A stretch of 64,000 nt of DNA, from assembly GCA_904063045.1 (NCBI GenBank), contig CAJFCJ010000006.1, positions 1,245,771-1,309,770 of the forward strand, in the 5' to 3' direction. Of the stretch, positions 1 through 12,105 are shown piece after piece. Origin of the DNA: Dimorphilus gyrociliatus (taxonomy: Eukaryota > Animalia > Annelida). How positions within the stretch are numbered: position 1 is the first letter of the stretch; the number at the start of each line of letters is the position of its first letter. The notes beneath the pieces are model-generated. The model made no database searches, was not told where the DNA came from, and worked only from the letters and a program-made list of their open reading frames with translations. Both the position numbers and the translations under genes were made by a program.

Positions 1-219
1 CCTTTAATTATTACTAATTATTGTTAGCGGGTGGCTTGAGTGTTGAAAAGGAATTTCTAGACCTGATTTATTCATATAAAAATAGATATATTAATACTAC
101 TCAAAAATTGAATTAATGGGTTAAGGTTCATGTTAAAATTTCAATTTTTTTGACTGTATGTACGTTAAAGGTTATTAGGAGTAGAATGACGAATATGAAC
201 AGAATTTTCAGTTTCATTC

Positions 220-3200
220 TTAGTGATTCCTTTTGTTATTTTCATAAGAAGAGAGGTTAGCAACGTGACCTGACGTGCAGTAAATACTCGAATTTAAATT
301 GTCTACTCTTGAGCTTTCAGGCTTCTCTTCAATATCTTTTGCGTTGTCCCGTTTTTTCGCTTTTTTCCGCTTTCTGGATAGAATGAGGAGAAGTGCTACG
401 ATTACCCTGTTCTTGAATGCTTTTACGAATGTACTCTTGGTCTGTTTGAAGATTACCGAAGGTTCATATATGCTCATAGAGGTCATACGTAATTATTTTC
501 GTTTTACCTTTTGAACATCCCGAAATGCGGCTACGATAAATTCTAGCAACAGTATGAGAACTGCCAAGCCTATCCCAACGGCTATGAAGTAGAACACTCC
601 CAACAGACTTTCTAAAGTTTGCGATCGGGCTGCCGTTTTAGAAGAGCCTAAAGAACGATAAGTGTCCTCTTTTAAGTATGCATAAACGATATACTAAAAA
701 TATACTGCATATATATTTAAAGAACAGAAAGAAAAGAGGATGAAAATTTAGATGGGATTAGGCACTAACTAGATTGCGTAGCTGAGCAGGGTCCAGCAAA
801 CCATTTCCTGTGAAGCGTTTCTAAATACCCGCTTTGTCGGAGCATTAAAATTTCCAATGTGAACGGCGTTAAGTAGGGACTGTTACGCTACGGATTGGCT
901 TTGAAAGATCGTTTGAAGGGATTCAACACCCGCTTCTATTTTCAATGTTAAAAGACGAATCGTTAATTAGCCACCTAGAGTGAAGGCAATCAATTCTACC
1001 CTGTTCCCTTTCTATACCCCTTTTAAACCCCCCCATCGGATTCATTCTCAAATTATACGGTATTATGCATTCTACGAAGTCACTTTTATGAGTCGAAACC
1101 TTCAAAGCCAATCCGTAGCCAAATTTATTAAAATCGTTTCCGATAATTAAGGTATTACAAGGCTTGATGTTTGAAGCGTATTCCAAAGGGGCCGAATCCC
1201 ATACAAATGCGTAACGTTCATCTGAAAGAAAATGGTAATAAGAAATTACAAGATGAAATAAAAAAGGGCTATTAATCGAAAGTAATTAATTACTTTTGGG
1301 TTTCCCGTAGGACTCTTGAACTTTTCGAATGCCAGCTTCCGCTGTATCAACGTATGTTCCGTCGGCGTTCATAATTGCGAACATAGTTTTATAAGGATCT
1401 ACCAGCTGTTGAGCGAAGAATCTCTGAGGGGCGGAATTTTTCACAGTTCCGTATTCAATATCTCTTTGTTTGGCTAAGTCGTTAACCGATTGAATTCCAG
1501 TATCCAATCGCTTTACCGTCAAAAAGGCGGCCAAATTAGCCGTATACGAAGCAGAGATAACCATTACTGCAAACCACCAAGTACCAAACACGATTCTGGC
1601 AGATAAGCATTTCGGATAAGTTTCAGTCCCTTGTTGCATCCAACACCCATAAGTCGCCCAGAGACTATTACATAAAGTAAGGTTCTCATGTTCCGTTTCG
1701 TTATCCAATTGAGCATAATATCCCAAGCTATAGGGACTAAGTCGACTGCAGATGCAAGTTATCACAGAACAAATAATAAAAGTGCCTACTACGGCTGCCC
1801 ATAATCCCTTTTCAAAGGGCTCCAAGTATCCGTATATATTCACTTTCTCTACTTCCTTGGACAATAGTAATTTAAGCCCTAGGTCCATGTATGGTTTTGT
1901 AAAACCAACAACCTGTTGTCTCTCATAATTTATAGTCAGGGGAGCAACAGCCATATCAATTTCCTCACTCATCACTTCGCCGATCAAGCCGTTCCATTTT
2001 TTTGTTTGAGGATCAAGTGTACCATAACTACCATCCTTAACAATTTGAATTTCGTATTTAAATTTCAGATTTTCACTCAATTTCTCCAGCATATCTATGC
2101 AAAATCCCTTCAACCTCTGATTTTTATTCTTGGAAAACATCATCTCATCCTTTGTCTTTCTCATGACAAAAGGACTTTCCTAATTTCGTTAAGAAAGTTA
2201 ATTACGACAAATGTAAATAATACTAATTAGTTGAAAAAAGATCTTACCAATATTGTTGTTATATTTAATGTAACGTTGTTCAAATTGATGACAGCATCAC
2301 TTGGCGCTTTACGATTTTTTTTAAAGAACTGGGGAGATCTTTCCATTATAAGCTTGTAACCTTCATCTCTACCTTTGCCCCAGGTACCTACTCTTTCCCA
2401 ACCTTTTTCTAATAGATTAACTATCTCATAAACAGGTTCTGGAGGATTATTAAAATTATCGAAAGATAATTTATTCATAGTTCCTTCGGATTGGATTTGT
2501 TTAATGTAATTTAGATATGAATTTCCGTCTGACCAATAATATTCAGACGTTCGCTGACAAATGTCCTTAACTGGATTCATAATTGTAAAATTATTGTTAT
2601 CCGCTAACAAATTGTGCAGACCAATAGATGCTGCTAAAATGGAATCAAATAATCTCATTTCCGTCGCTTTCTGTGTTGTTTTTGAATAATTGGCCCATTT
2701 TGTTTGAAAGTATTCTTGGAGATTACCGCTTCCGTATAGTGGTCTGACACCTACTAATCCAACAAGATGCTCAGGTACATCTAGGCACGAATCAAATAAC
2801 TCCCCCTATAAATTAGATTTATGATGTGTTAAATGAATTATATATAGCAATGTATTATATGTATATAATCTGTAAGTACCACTACAGTGACGCCATCTGT
2901 CGCTAACCAAGCCCAATCTTTATTGAGTAGACCTAGCTCGCTTGCCTGTGACAGAATAATCCTGGCGTGGGTAGAGAGACAGTTCAAGACGACAATTCTA
3001 GTTCCTGAGACGATTAACTATTGGTCTAAATTTTGTCTTGAGGTTAATTATCTAGAATTCAATAAACTTACCACTCCTCTTTAACTTTATCAAACTCTGT
3101 GTGAGGTCAATTGACGTCAAATCAGAGCTGGGAGTGAAATAATGAATAGAATTGACCGTCCACTGTCTAATTGTTGCAATTTTTAATAATTCTCTTACTC

Positions 3201-4181
3201 CACTCCTACCTGTTTCGAGTACGTGAAAATGACGCATCAAAATCTAATAAATAAATCAACGAGGTTAAGTAAAGGATGAATAGTCGTATTCAATAAAGAA
3301 GTAAATCGGTTAACAATATGCAATATGTATACAATACAATTAGAAAAAATCGCTTTATTTTACCGTAATCAGATGATGATGCTATTATTCCAAATCTAGA
3401 CCATCCGTAATGCGCCATTGTATCACCTAACACAAGAGATTGTACGTCGTCCGGAGCGCTCATCTTTAAGGAAATAAATGCTCCGTGACTAATGTGAAAC
3501 TATAATCTGTCATAATATAAATCACTTTTAAGAGATATTGATACGTATCCGTGAATGATAACTCTGGATCGGTAGCTGTGGGAGTAATTTGTGGAATATG
3601 TAGACCATTGCTAATGCTTGATATTGTTTTCGTTGTTCCACTACTCAACGATCCAATAAATGCAACAATTCCATGAGTTGCTTGCCAACAAGCTGGATAA
3701 GGGAACATAATGATGAAAAACAGAACAAAGCTCGTACTAATTGAAGATTATAAAATATACCTGCTTGTAAACTTTGAAAACTATGTAATACGTTTGTAAT
3801 GTTGATCAAGTAGTTAACAGTTGTGTTAGGTAAAATCTTACTATTAGTGTTGATGTATTCAATAGCCATGTCGACAGCTTTAATTGCATCATCTTTATCA
3901 GTTGATTCGCTGATTATTACACCTGTACAAGTAAGAACATTCACAAATAAAGGACGAACAATAATGGGTAATAGAACTTACCAAATGTAACGTTTCCAGG
4001 AATATTTTGAGGTGAAACTTGTAAACAAAGAATAGATATAGTGTAAATTGATAAAAAAATCCAAGATCCTACACGAAAGCTGTTTAAAAGTGACAAAACA
4101 GAATTAAAAAATTATTTAGTACAAGAATAAAGCAAAGGCGATTAAAAAATAAAGAAAATATCTGAAGCCTGACTTTTTCAT
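220..4181 (-). CDS. Ionotropic glutamate receptor, non-NMDA type (ATD + S1 + M1-M3 + S2 + M4), about 12 exons
   Basis: Exons were joined by hand through GT-AG introns. N-terminal hydrophobic leader; ATD (IVAFIGSLSSG, YGWSRFGII); S1 (WNGLIGEV, APLTINYERQQVVGFTKPYMD); pore loop GCWMQQG; M3 SYTANLAAFL; S2 (FVWDSAPLEY, KFGYGLALK|RNSPY, LETLHRKWF); M4 LLGVFYFIAVGIGLAVLILLLE; stop at 220-222. The start at 4181 (MKKSGFRY) is tentative. Confidence 0.95.
887..1119 (-). repeat. Perfect 19-bp inverted repeat joining an exon end to the 3' end of the following intron
   Basis: GCTACGGATTGGCTTTGAA at 887-905 is the exact reverse complement of TTCAAAGCCAATCCGTAGC at 1101-1119. The intron spans 1099..888 (AAG|GTTTCG ... 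CCGTAG|CGT). Confidence 0.95.
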
Positions 4182-4784
4182 GTCGATGCCATAAAGCTAA
4201 ATGAGTTGAAAGCGCGCGTAAGTACTTTATTAATGCATATACATTAGTTAATAATGATAAAATATAAGAATATAATATAAGTATACATAAAATATAACAG
4301 ATGTGAATACAAACAATAAAAGTATTCTCTAAGGAGTTTAACCAAAAGTTAAGGTGGTTTCTATTTATTAGCTAAATTTTATCTTAATAATTGAAAAACA
4401 ATTTATTTTTTCCCTATGAATATTTGATGTATTCTGTTACTATCATTCATACAAAATTATTTGAAAATAATTTATATCACGTGATCTAACTCTTAGCCAA
4501 TCTTACTGTGGGTGTACTAATAAATCTAACACATTTAACGAACAGAGCTTCATATAAACATGATTCAAGCTAGAATTATGGTAAACATATTATGTTTAAA
4601 TAAAAATTAAAATCGATTGAGCATAAAAGTTGTTTTATTAAAAAAAAAAAGAGTTTCAATATATGTGTTACATGTTTTTAATCTTTTAAAAACTATCAAC
4701 AAAAATAATACTTGTTTATTAAGTTATTTAAATTTATTTAAATTAGTTGAATGTTTATGAATAGATTAACGAATGATAAAAAAG

Positions 4785-7700
4785 ATGGAATCTGAGAAAA
4801 ATTGCGGAGAAAGTCAAGATATGCACTTTAGTTTTCTTTCTCCGAGTTTTATTAATCACAGTCATGATATTTGCGTTAAAGGTTTTCTTTATATTTATAT
4901 ATGTCGTATTATATAAAATCTTCGCTAATATTTATCGTTAAAAAAGAATTGGAAAGCCTTAAGATTAGTTCAAAAAGCGTAGGTAATTTCCAGGAAAAGC
5001 CTACAGGGAGATGGACAAAAGAATTCGCCGCTAATTTCCTTTCATCCTATTCAGGTATATTGGCGTTATGTTTTCATATTATTAATTATAAATGGTATGT
5101 AACACCTGTCAGAAAGTGGTATTGTTCCTTTCTTAGTGAAGAATGATTGTTGTATTTATATCAAACAATTAAGAAAATGGACTCCAAATTACGTGAGTCG
5201 TGATGAATTACTTAATTAATAAGGTTGAATAGAATTAATTTTTAATTAAAGATCAAATTGGGACTTATTGGAAATGAAGACTACGTTGGAAGCTGGGACT
5301 ATAGAAAGAGTATTAAAGGCCTAAACCATCCTGCTAATTCGGGTTTCTTAGTTTGAATTTCTATCTTTTATATTATTTATTAGAAAAGTTATTATCATAA
5401 TGAATTATTCAAGTCGATATTTGTGTTATTCTTACTAGATAACTGGTACTTGCCTTTATTGATTCCTCTCAATGGAAATAAATCTATAATAAAGCTTATA
5501 GCAATGGATGAAAGGAATGACTCAATTCATTACCTAGAGGTATAACTTGTGGTTGATTGTCAATAATTGATTCTGAAATTGTTTATTATATTTATATCTT
5601 GTTTTGGTTTATTAGATGGAAGATATCAGAGAAATTAGTCATGTGAGATTGAAAGCAGGTGAAATAATATTGGAAAAAACTACATTGCCTTTAAAAAAGA
5701 ATGAAAATAACCTAATTGTTAAAATAAAACCTTACGATGAATTAAGTAAGAACAATTGATTATTATAAATAAATTAAATACAACAATTGTACATTTTTTA
5801 ATGTCACATAAGTAGATTCCCTACTTAATGATATAGTTCAAAATATCTATAGTAATCTAATAGTATTAGGTAAGTGTTTATATAAATAAACTATAAGACT
5901 CTCACATTATTATCAAACTTTTAATGAATGATAACGAAATTCTTAAAAGGTTCTTAATTATTTTTTTTTAAATAACTTTTCTTTTATCTTCTAGATGATA
6001 AATTTTCTATAAGAAATGAAAAATTAACGTATTCTATTAATCACAAATCCCTAACTACGCAATGTTTACAATCTAAAGAGTTTGAAAATTGTAATAATAG
6101 CTATGTTGATTCGATAGATAAAACTTATCCTTATAAAATGTTAAATGAACAAATAGGTCACGGAAGCGAAAGATTTAAAAAACGAAGCAAATGGAACAAA
6201 ATGATTTCTTCCATATCTTTAAATACTAATGATAATGGAAGTTGTAATAGGTCTTTTGAAGATTCCATTAGCTTTAATTGCAACTCGAATAATAATAATA
6301 ATAGTAAGAAAAAAAAGAAGAAAAAGGCCAAGGCTAAAGATAAAAAGGCTAAAATCGTTGTACACATAGATGACAGCGCTGTTAAACAGGATATGGATGC
6401 TGACAAAGGAACAGCCTCTGAAAATAATCTGAAGAATAGAGAAGAAAATATCTTCATGGGGGACAGCATTACTGAAAGCAATGATATCTTAGTCTATACA
6501 GCTATGACAGACGAAGGAGCTGCTGGCGATATAAGTTCGCTTCTGACTAAAAAGATGAAAGAAGAAGAAGAAGAAGAAGAAAACTTAAATAGTTCTATAA
6601 TAAAAGAAGAAACTGACTCTAAATCTCTTCCAAAGATACCGTATGAAGAACTTTTAGAAAATATTATTAGATCGCTTAATCTACCTCTCTGGATTGCCAA
6701 ACAACTTGCAAAGTGGAGATATAAGATTAAAAGTGACAAAAAGTTAGACATACGACAAGTATCTAGTAGTTACAAGAACTTTCCTGCTGTACCAAAGCCA
6801 TCCGCCGATGAGATATATACGCACTTAAACGTTTCAAGAACGATAAGCGACGATTTAACCAGTATTACCCACATTCTCTCTCAGATACAATCTTTACCAA
6901 ATCCTACTAATGATAATGAGAGCGATTTTACAAAATACCCTGGGGAGATTGATAAAAATGAGAAAGAAGATATTAACAACAGTGTGTCAGAAAGTTCATT
7001 TAGTAACGAAAACGTAAATTGGAAGCCAAGTCAACATTGTCACTCAAATATGTCGGATCTGAATGATAATCCTAGTCCTTTATCTCAAAATCAAGTAATC
7101 GAAGAAAGGGAAAAGAATATCCAGTTACAACATAAAAGGACTGATAGCCCATGTCATAGCGGGGAGGATACGGGCGTAAGAATTACGGATCAAGATATTT
7201 ATTTTACAAGAGACTCAGAAATTTCTTTTAGTTTGAACTCTAAAGAAAGTGAAAAAGATTTAATGATTCCTAAAATTCGAGTTGTTGACGAACATGACAA
7301 GGTTATTAATATTCCAGAAGAATATATTCAATTCCCTTCAACATTGACATACGATGATAAATGTAAACGTACCAAATTACAGTTTGATAAAAGGCAAAAT
7401 ACCTTAACAAAACAATTTAAATCGACTGGAACTGAAACTGTAAACCTCAAAGCAGATGTTGAACATTTGCTAGTCAACTTAATCGACAATGAACTTGATA
7501 AAAGAAAGAAAACTAGACAAGAAACCCCTGCGGACGATGTTATTTTGAAACACAATACTGATAAAATAGGTAATGAATTTCCCTCCGATAATCAATCATC
7601 AGAAAACAATTTAGATTATCGTACAACGACAAATCGAATTAAACCTAATAAACTACCAATCGTCTTATTAAAGAAAGTTGAAAGTACTAATGAAATTCGT

Positions 7701-7814
7701 TTAGAAAATAATGAAGAAAATAAAACTAAACATGGATCGTTAAAAAAAAGCAAAACAATTAGAGAATATCTAACATTATGTAAATGTACTTGTGCTACCG
7801 CAAAAAGAGCTTAG
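4785..7814 (+). CDS. Uncharacterised multi-exon protein with a long acidic/low-complexity terminal exon
   Basis: ORF 6138-7814 extends upstream in frame to an acceptor near 5995. Short open exons flanked by GT/AG lie near 5147-5192, 5251-5341, 5440-5539 and 5616-5746. The start (MESEKNCG at 4785) is tentative and no family was recognised. Confidence 0.55.
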
Positions 7815-8139
7815 TCAGGCTTTTTATTCTATTTTTTAACACTTTATTTAATATATTATTCAATATAATATACCATAAATTTATGTTTTACATAAATAAT
7901 GAAATTTGTGTTTCTTTGAATTTAGCGCATAAAACCTGCACAAATTTTCAGCATATTAAATAAGTATTTATATAGTTTGAAAAAAGTATTGAATTCATAA
8001 TATAAATTTGATTTTTATATATTTTTCAAATTTATTTAAGCTTTTTATTTATATTTATAAATATACGTATAAAGTTATATATTTATAGAGGGAGGAACAG
8101 AGACATAAAGAGATGATGTTTTATAAATAATATAGTTTA

Positions 8140-9084
8140 TTGGAAGAGAAGGGAATGACCTCTACACAATTTACATCTAATAGTAGTAACGATGACATTA
8201 ATAATGCTGAACAGATTGGTTATGAATTGATTGAATGTGCATCAGTCTCAGTTCAAACTGATTATCCTTTTCCTTGTATATCTATTGAGCATCAAGCAAA
8301 TTCTGATTGTGTACCTGATTCATTTTTTTTAAGGAGTTGTCCGACATTTAACGAATACGATACTAGGCCATTCTCTTATTCGACTAATGAAAGCGATGAG
8401 TTAATTGATGAGGGATATAATTATAATACTATTGGGGAAAAGGAGAATGAATTCAGTCAAGAGTCGTACAGAGATTCTACTAGTATTTCCCATCTACCTG
8501 ACAATATGTTAGATGCGAATGATGAACAATTAAGTGCTAATCGATACAATAACACAACAAAACCGATAACTAAACTTGGGATGGAAAGTCGTCAACAGAT
8601 TAGTACAACAATGTTCAAGTTTAAAGCTAATGCCAAAAAAACATCAAATGAAACTTCACTTAGCGAAAGTCAAGATAAGATTGAATCATTGAAAGAAAGG
8701 TCATTTCAAGATGAACTTTCTACTTTAGGGTTAGAAAATTCCATTGTGGAAGATATAGAAAAATTTGACGATGGAATTGTTGAGCATTCATATGCTATCC
8801 CTAAATTTAAAGAGCTACCAGATTTTTCAAAGAAAATTCCCCTAAGAGATGGTCTCCAACAGAAAATGTCGGAAAGTAAGCGCTCAATCATTCCTGTAAT
8901 TGATAGTCCCTTTAGTACGGATAGACCAAGGGAATTACCTCCAACTAGAGAGAGTAGTAGCCATACAAGTTCCAATGATTTAACTACTACATTACAAACT
9001 GATCAAATCGATTCAGAACCTGAGGATAATTCGATAAAACATGGAAATTCACTTATAAATCATAATATAGACGCCGAGTATTAA
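8140..9084 (+). CDS. Uncharacterised Ser/Glu/Asn-rich, probably disordered protein
   Basis: 314-codon ORF in AT-rich DNA with no recognisable domain. It may be spliced to neighbouring exons. Confidence 0.55.
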   Translation: MEEKGMTSTQFTSNSSNDDINNAEQIGYELIECASVSVQTDYPFPCISIEHQANSDCVPDSFFLRSCPTFNEYDTRPFSYSTNESDELIDEGYNYNTIGEKENEFSQESYRDSTSISHLPDNMLDANDEQLSANRYNNTTKPITKLGMESRQQISTTMFKFKANAKKTSNETSLSESQDKIESLKERSFQDELSTLGLENSIVEDIEKFDDGIVEHSYAIPKFKELPDFSKKIPLRDGLQQKMSESKRSIIPVIDSPFSTDRPRELPPTRESSSHTSSNDLTTTLQTDQIDSEPEDNSIKHGNSLINHNIDAEY

Positions 9085-9308
9085 TTTAGCATTTTACACC
9101 TTACAACTCATTTAGTTCATTTTAATTTAGACCTTTAAAAATGGTAAACTTAATAATTGGCGTCTAAAACAAACAATAAAGTTCGAAAGTTTTTAACGAA
9201 AGGCAAAAATCTCATAAAGAAAGTGTCTATTTAGATTTAAATAGGCTAAAATCATCAGTTCTACCTAGGAGATCTTTAAAACTGGTAAATACTGCAAGAG
9301 GAAGAAAG

Positions 9309-10686
9309 ATGGCCAACTATACATGTTCAAAACAAGAGGGAATTTTAATGGCCGATAGCGAAGGTCCAATTTTTTCCAGTTCTAAAGAAATAAACAGAGA
9401 TGAGATAAAGAATTATTTTAAATTTGAAAAAGATAAGAAAAGATTCAACTGGATTATAGGTTTTCTGATATTCTCTATATTAATTGGTCTTATTCATTCA
9501 TCTACTCTAATTAGTCTCAGTAAGGCGGAAAGAAGTTTCTTACATTTCTTTCATCCCATCCTCCACATTAATGAAACAACTAACAACTCATTAAACATAA
9601 ACTTAATATCCTTACTTGGTATACTAGTGATAATATTACATTTACTTGAATTATTAGCAATTGGTGCTTATCTAATTAATAGGAAATATTTATTAACATC
9701 TTTTACAGTATCCATTGGCTGGGCAGTTATAAATATAATATTAATCTTTTGCATCTTTCTATGCCTTATTTTTCATATATCAAATTATCAAATGAAAGTG
9801 TTTAGGTGATTAAAAGCTTTATACTAAACATTGAAAATGTTGAGCTTTATATTATTATTAATAAATACTTTCAATTCAACATAGGGATTCTATTTTAAAG
9901 AATTACGAAATGTTTGTATCGGGTGCACAAAGGATAAAAATGGATTATATACAACACTCATTTCAGTGTTGCGGTATTAAATCGCTATATGATTGGATTG
10001 GTCAAATTGGAAGTGATACTGTTCCGTTATCTTGTTGTCAATCAGTATCCAATTGCAGTCATTTTAGATTACTTAAAGGTCAATTTGATCAGAAGTACTT
10101 TAAAACTCTCAAGATAATTAATGAATCCACTATATTTCCTATTGGCTGTGAGAAGATTGTTATTAATTACAAAACGTATTTTTTAAGAGAGATATCGTTT
10201 TCATTACTGTTTAATATCCTTAATAATAGTTTCATACTAATAATTCATTATAAATTTACAAGAAAAATGGCAAAATTACTGTCCAATGATCATATTTCTG
10301 ATATTTTTATAAATTTATCACAACATGTTGTTATTCGCATTAAACGACAAAACGTCCTCCTTGAAGAGGATGAATTCTGGAGACAAATCTATTATGGCAA
10401 TATTGAGGATGAAGTTTTTATGGAAATGGATAGGGTACATCACAAAGTTTCGCCAATAGCTCAGAATATGAGATTATCTGTAAATAATAGACACAAATTG
10501 AAACTCAACAAGAGACCGGATATTCAAGCTGAGGTTCTTTCCTCCATATCACAATCGAATAGTGGGAATGCTAGCAGGGGTCCTAGTAGTAGCCTTGACA
10601 TTATGGAATCTTCTATTAATGGTAATTCTGAAAATGAGGAAAATACTGAGTCAGCTACATCACTTAATGTGAAAAGAAGATCTTAG
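9309..10686 (+). CDS. Divergent tetraspanin with a long C-terminal tail
   Basis: Three hydrophobic segments in 9309-9805 and an intron at about 9806-9884. The EC2 loop has IQHSFQCCG, DW, VPLSCC and GC motifs, followed by TM4 and a polar tail of about 140 aa. Confidence 0.8.
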
Positions 10687-11033
10687 AAATCTTAAAAAAT
10701 GTGGCTAACGCTTTTCAAACACTTCTTTTACATAACTAGCCCTTAATTAGCCAGATTTTTCATTCAATTTCACCCTATAAACGTAAAGTGTGCACTAGAC
10801 TCTTGAACCAAAAAAAAACATGTTTGCAATCGCTCATAAGTTTGACTTGTTCCTTTGTGTTTCATTACATTCAATATTCAATAATTTATCATTTTATTTT
10901 ATGTACTATACTTAGTACTATCCTTTTGTATTAATATATTAATTTTCCTGATGGGTTAATTAAGGGGAAATCCCGTTTTTACAGCCGAGACAATAATAAT
11001 ATTCATTTGAAATTGTATAGCCAGAGTAAAATA

Positions 11034-11099
11034 GCGGGAATAACTTATTGATTTTCTACTTAGCAAAATTTCCGTTTCCGGTGAGTTTTAGAGCGGGAA
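11034..11099 (+). promoter_or_regulatory. Two E2F-like GCGGGAA sites just upstream of RNASEH2A
   Basis: GCGGGAA at 11034-11040 and 11093-11099. Confidence 0.4.
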
Positions 11100-11123
11100 C
11101 TTTTACGTTATTTTTTAGCCGAT

Positions 11124-12105
11124 ATGGATATTTCTCCCTACACTAAAGATTTTTCTAAAAACTATTTGATCGAAGGAAAAATTCCTGACATTTGCAAAAC
11201 GGAAAAATGCATTGCTGGTATAGATGAAGCTGGAAGAGGACCAGTTCTGGGTATATTGAGCGATAATTCGGTTTACAATAATTTTTACATATTGTATAAT
11301 AATAGGTCCTATGGTTTATGGTCTATGTATATGCCCAGTCTCAAAGAAGGAAGACCTAAAGAATATGTCATTTGCAGGTATTACAAATAATTGATCACTA
11401 TAGTAAAGCATATCTACTTCAAATGTTTCTTCTTTAGATTCAAAAACATTAAATGAACAGCAAAGGGACGATTTAATGCAAGAGCTTATGAAGGCGACTG
11501 ATTACGGATATTTAGTTCATGCTTTATCATCTAGATTTATTTCTAATTCAATGCTGGGAAGAACAAAATACAATTTAAATGCACTTTCTCATGATACAGC
11601 TATTGGTTTAGTAGAGAGAGCTATACAGAATGGTGTTCAAATTGATGAACTATACGTAGATACGGTTGGAGATCCCACAAAATATGAACAAAAACTAAAG
11701 AACATTTGGCCAGATATCGATATAACAGTATCGAAAAAAGCTGATGCAAAATATCCTGTAGTCAGTGCGGCAAGTATATGTGCGAAAACCGTTCGGGATG
11801 CATTCATTTTCGAGTGGAAGAAATTGAATAATGCAGAAGCTGGATCTGGTTACACGTCTGATCCTCATACTAAAACCTATTTAGCTAATAACTACGACGA
11901 GGTTTTCGGATATCCTACATTTGTTCGGACAAGTTGGGCAACCTGTTCAAAGTTGATGGATGAAAAATGTATAACTGTAAGTTGGCCAGACGAAGAGGAC
12001 AATGCAAAACAAGGAAAATCTTCGTTACAAAACTATATGAAAAATACTCGGCAGCGTTATATGTATTTTAATGAACGGTGTTTATCAAACGCTAAAAATT
12101 TTTAG
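11124..12105 (+). CDS. RNASEH2A: Ribonuclease H2 catalytic subunit A, 3 exons
   Basis: Motifs GIDEAGRGPVLG|PMVY, DSKTLNE, LSHDTA, YVDTVGDP, KKADAKYPVVSAASICAK, GSGYTSDP, VFGYPTFVRTSW. Confidence 0.97.

Noticed and set aside
299-514. Plus-strand 71-aa ORF and similar antisense ORFs (1916-2230, 6158-6751, 8706-8975, 16988-17296, 18747-19319, 22587-23116, 25645-25974)
   Set aside because: Shadow frames antisense to well-supported coding exons, with no independent motifs.
1640-1680. Vertebrate-type Q/R editing site duplex at the pore loop (WMQQG, near 1632-1645)
   Set aside because: The site lies in the middle of a long exon with no adjacent intron, and no complementary sequence was seen by eye.
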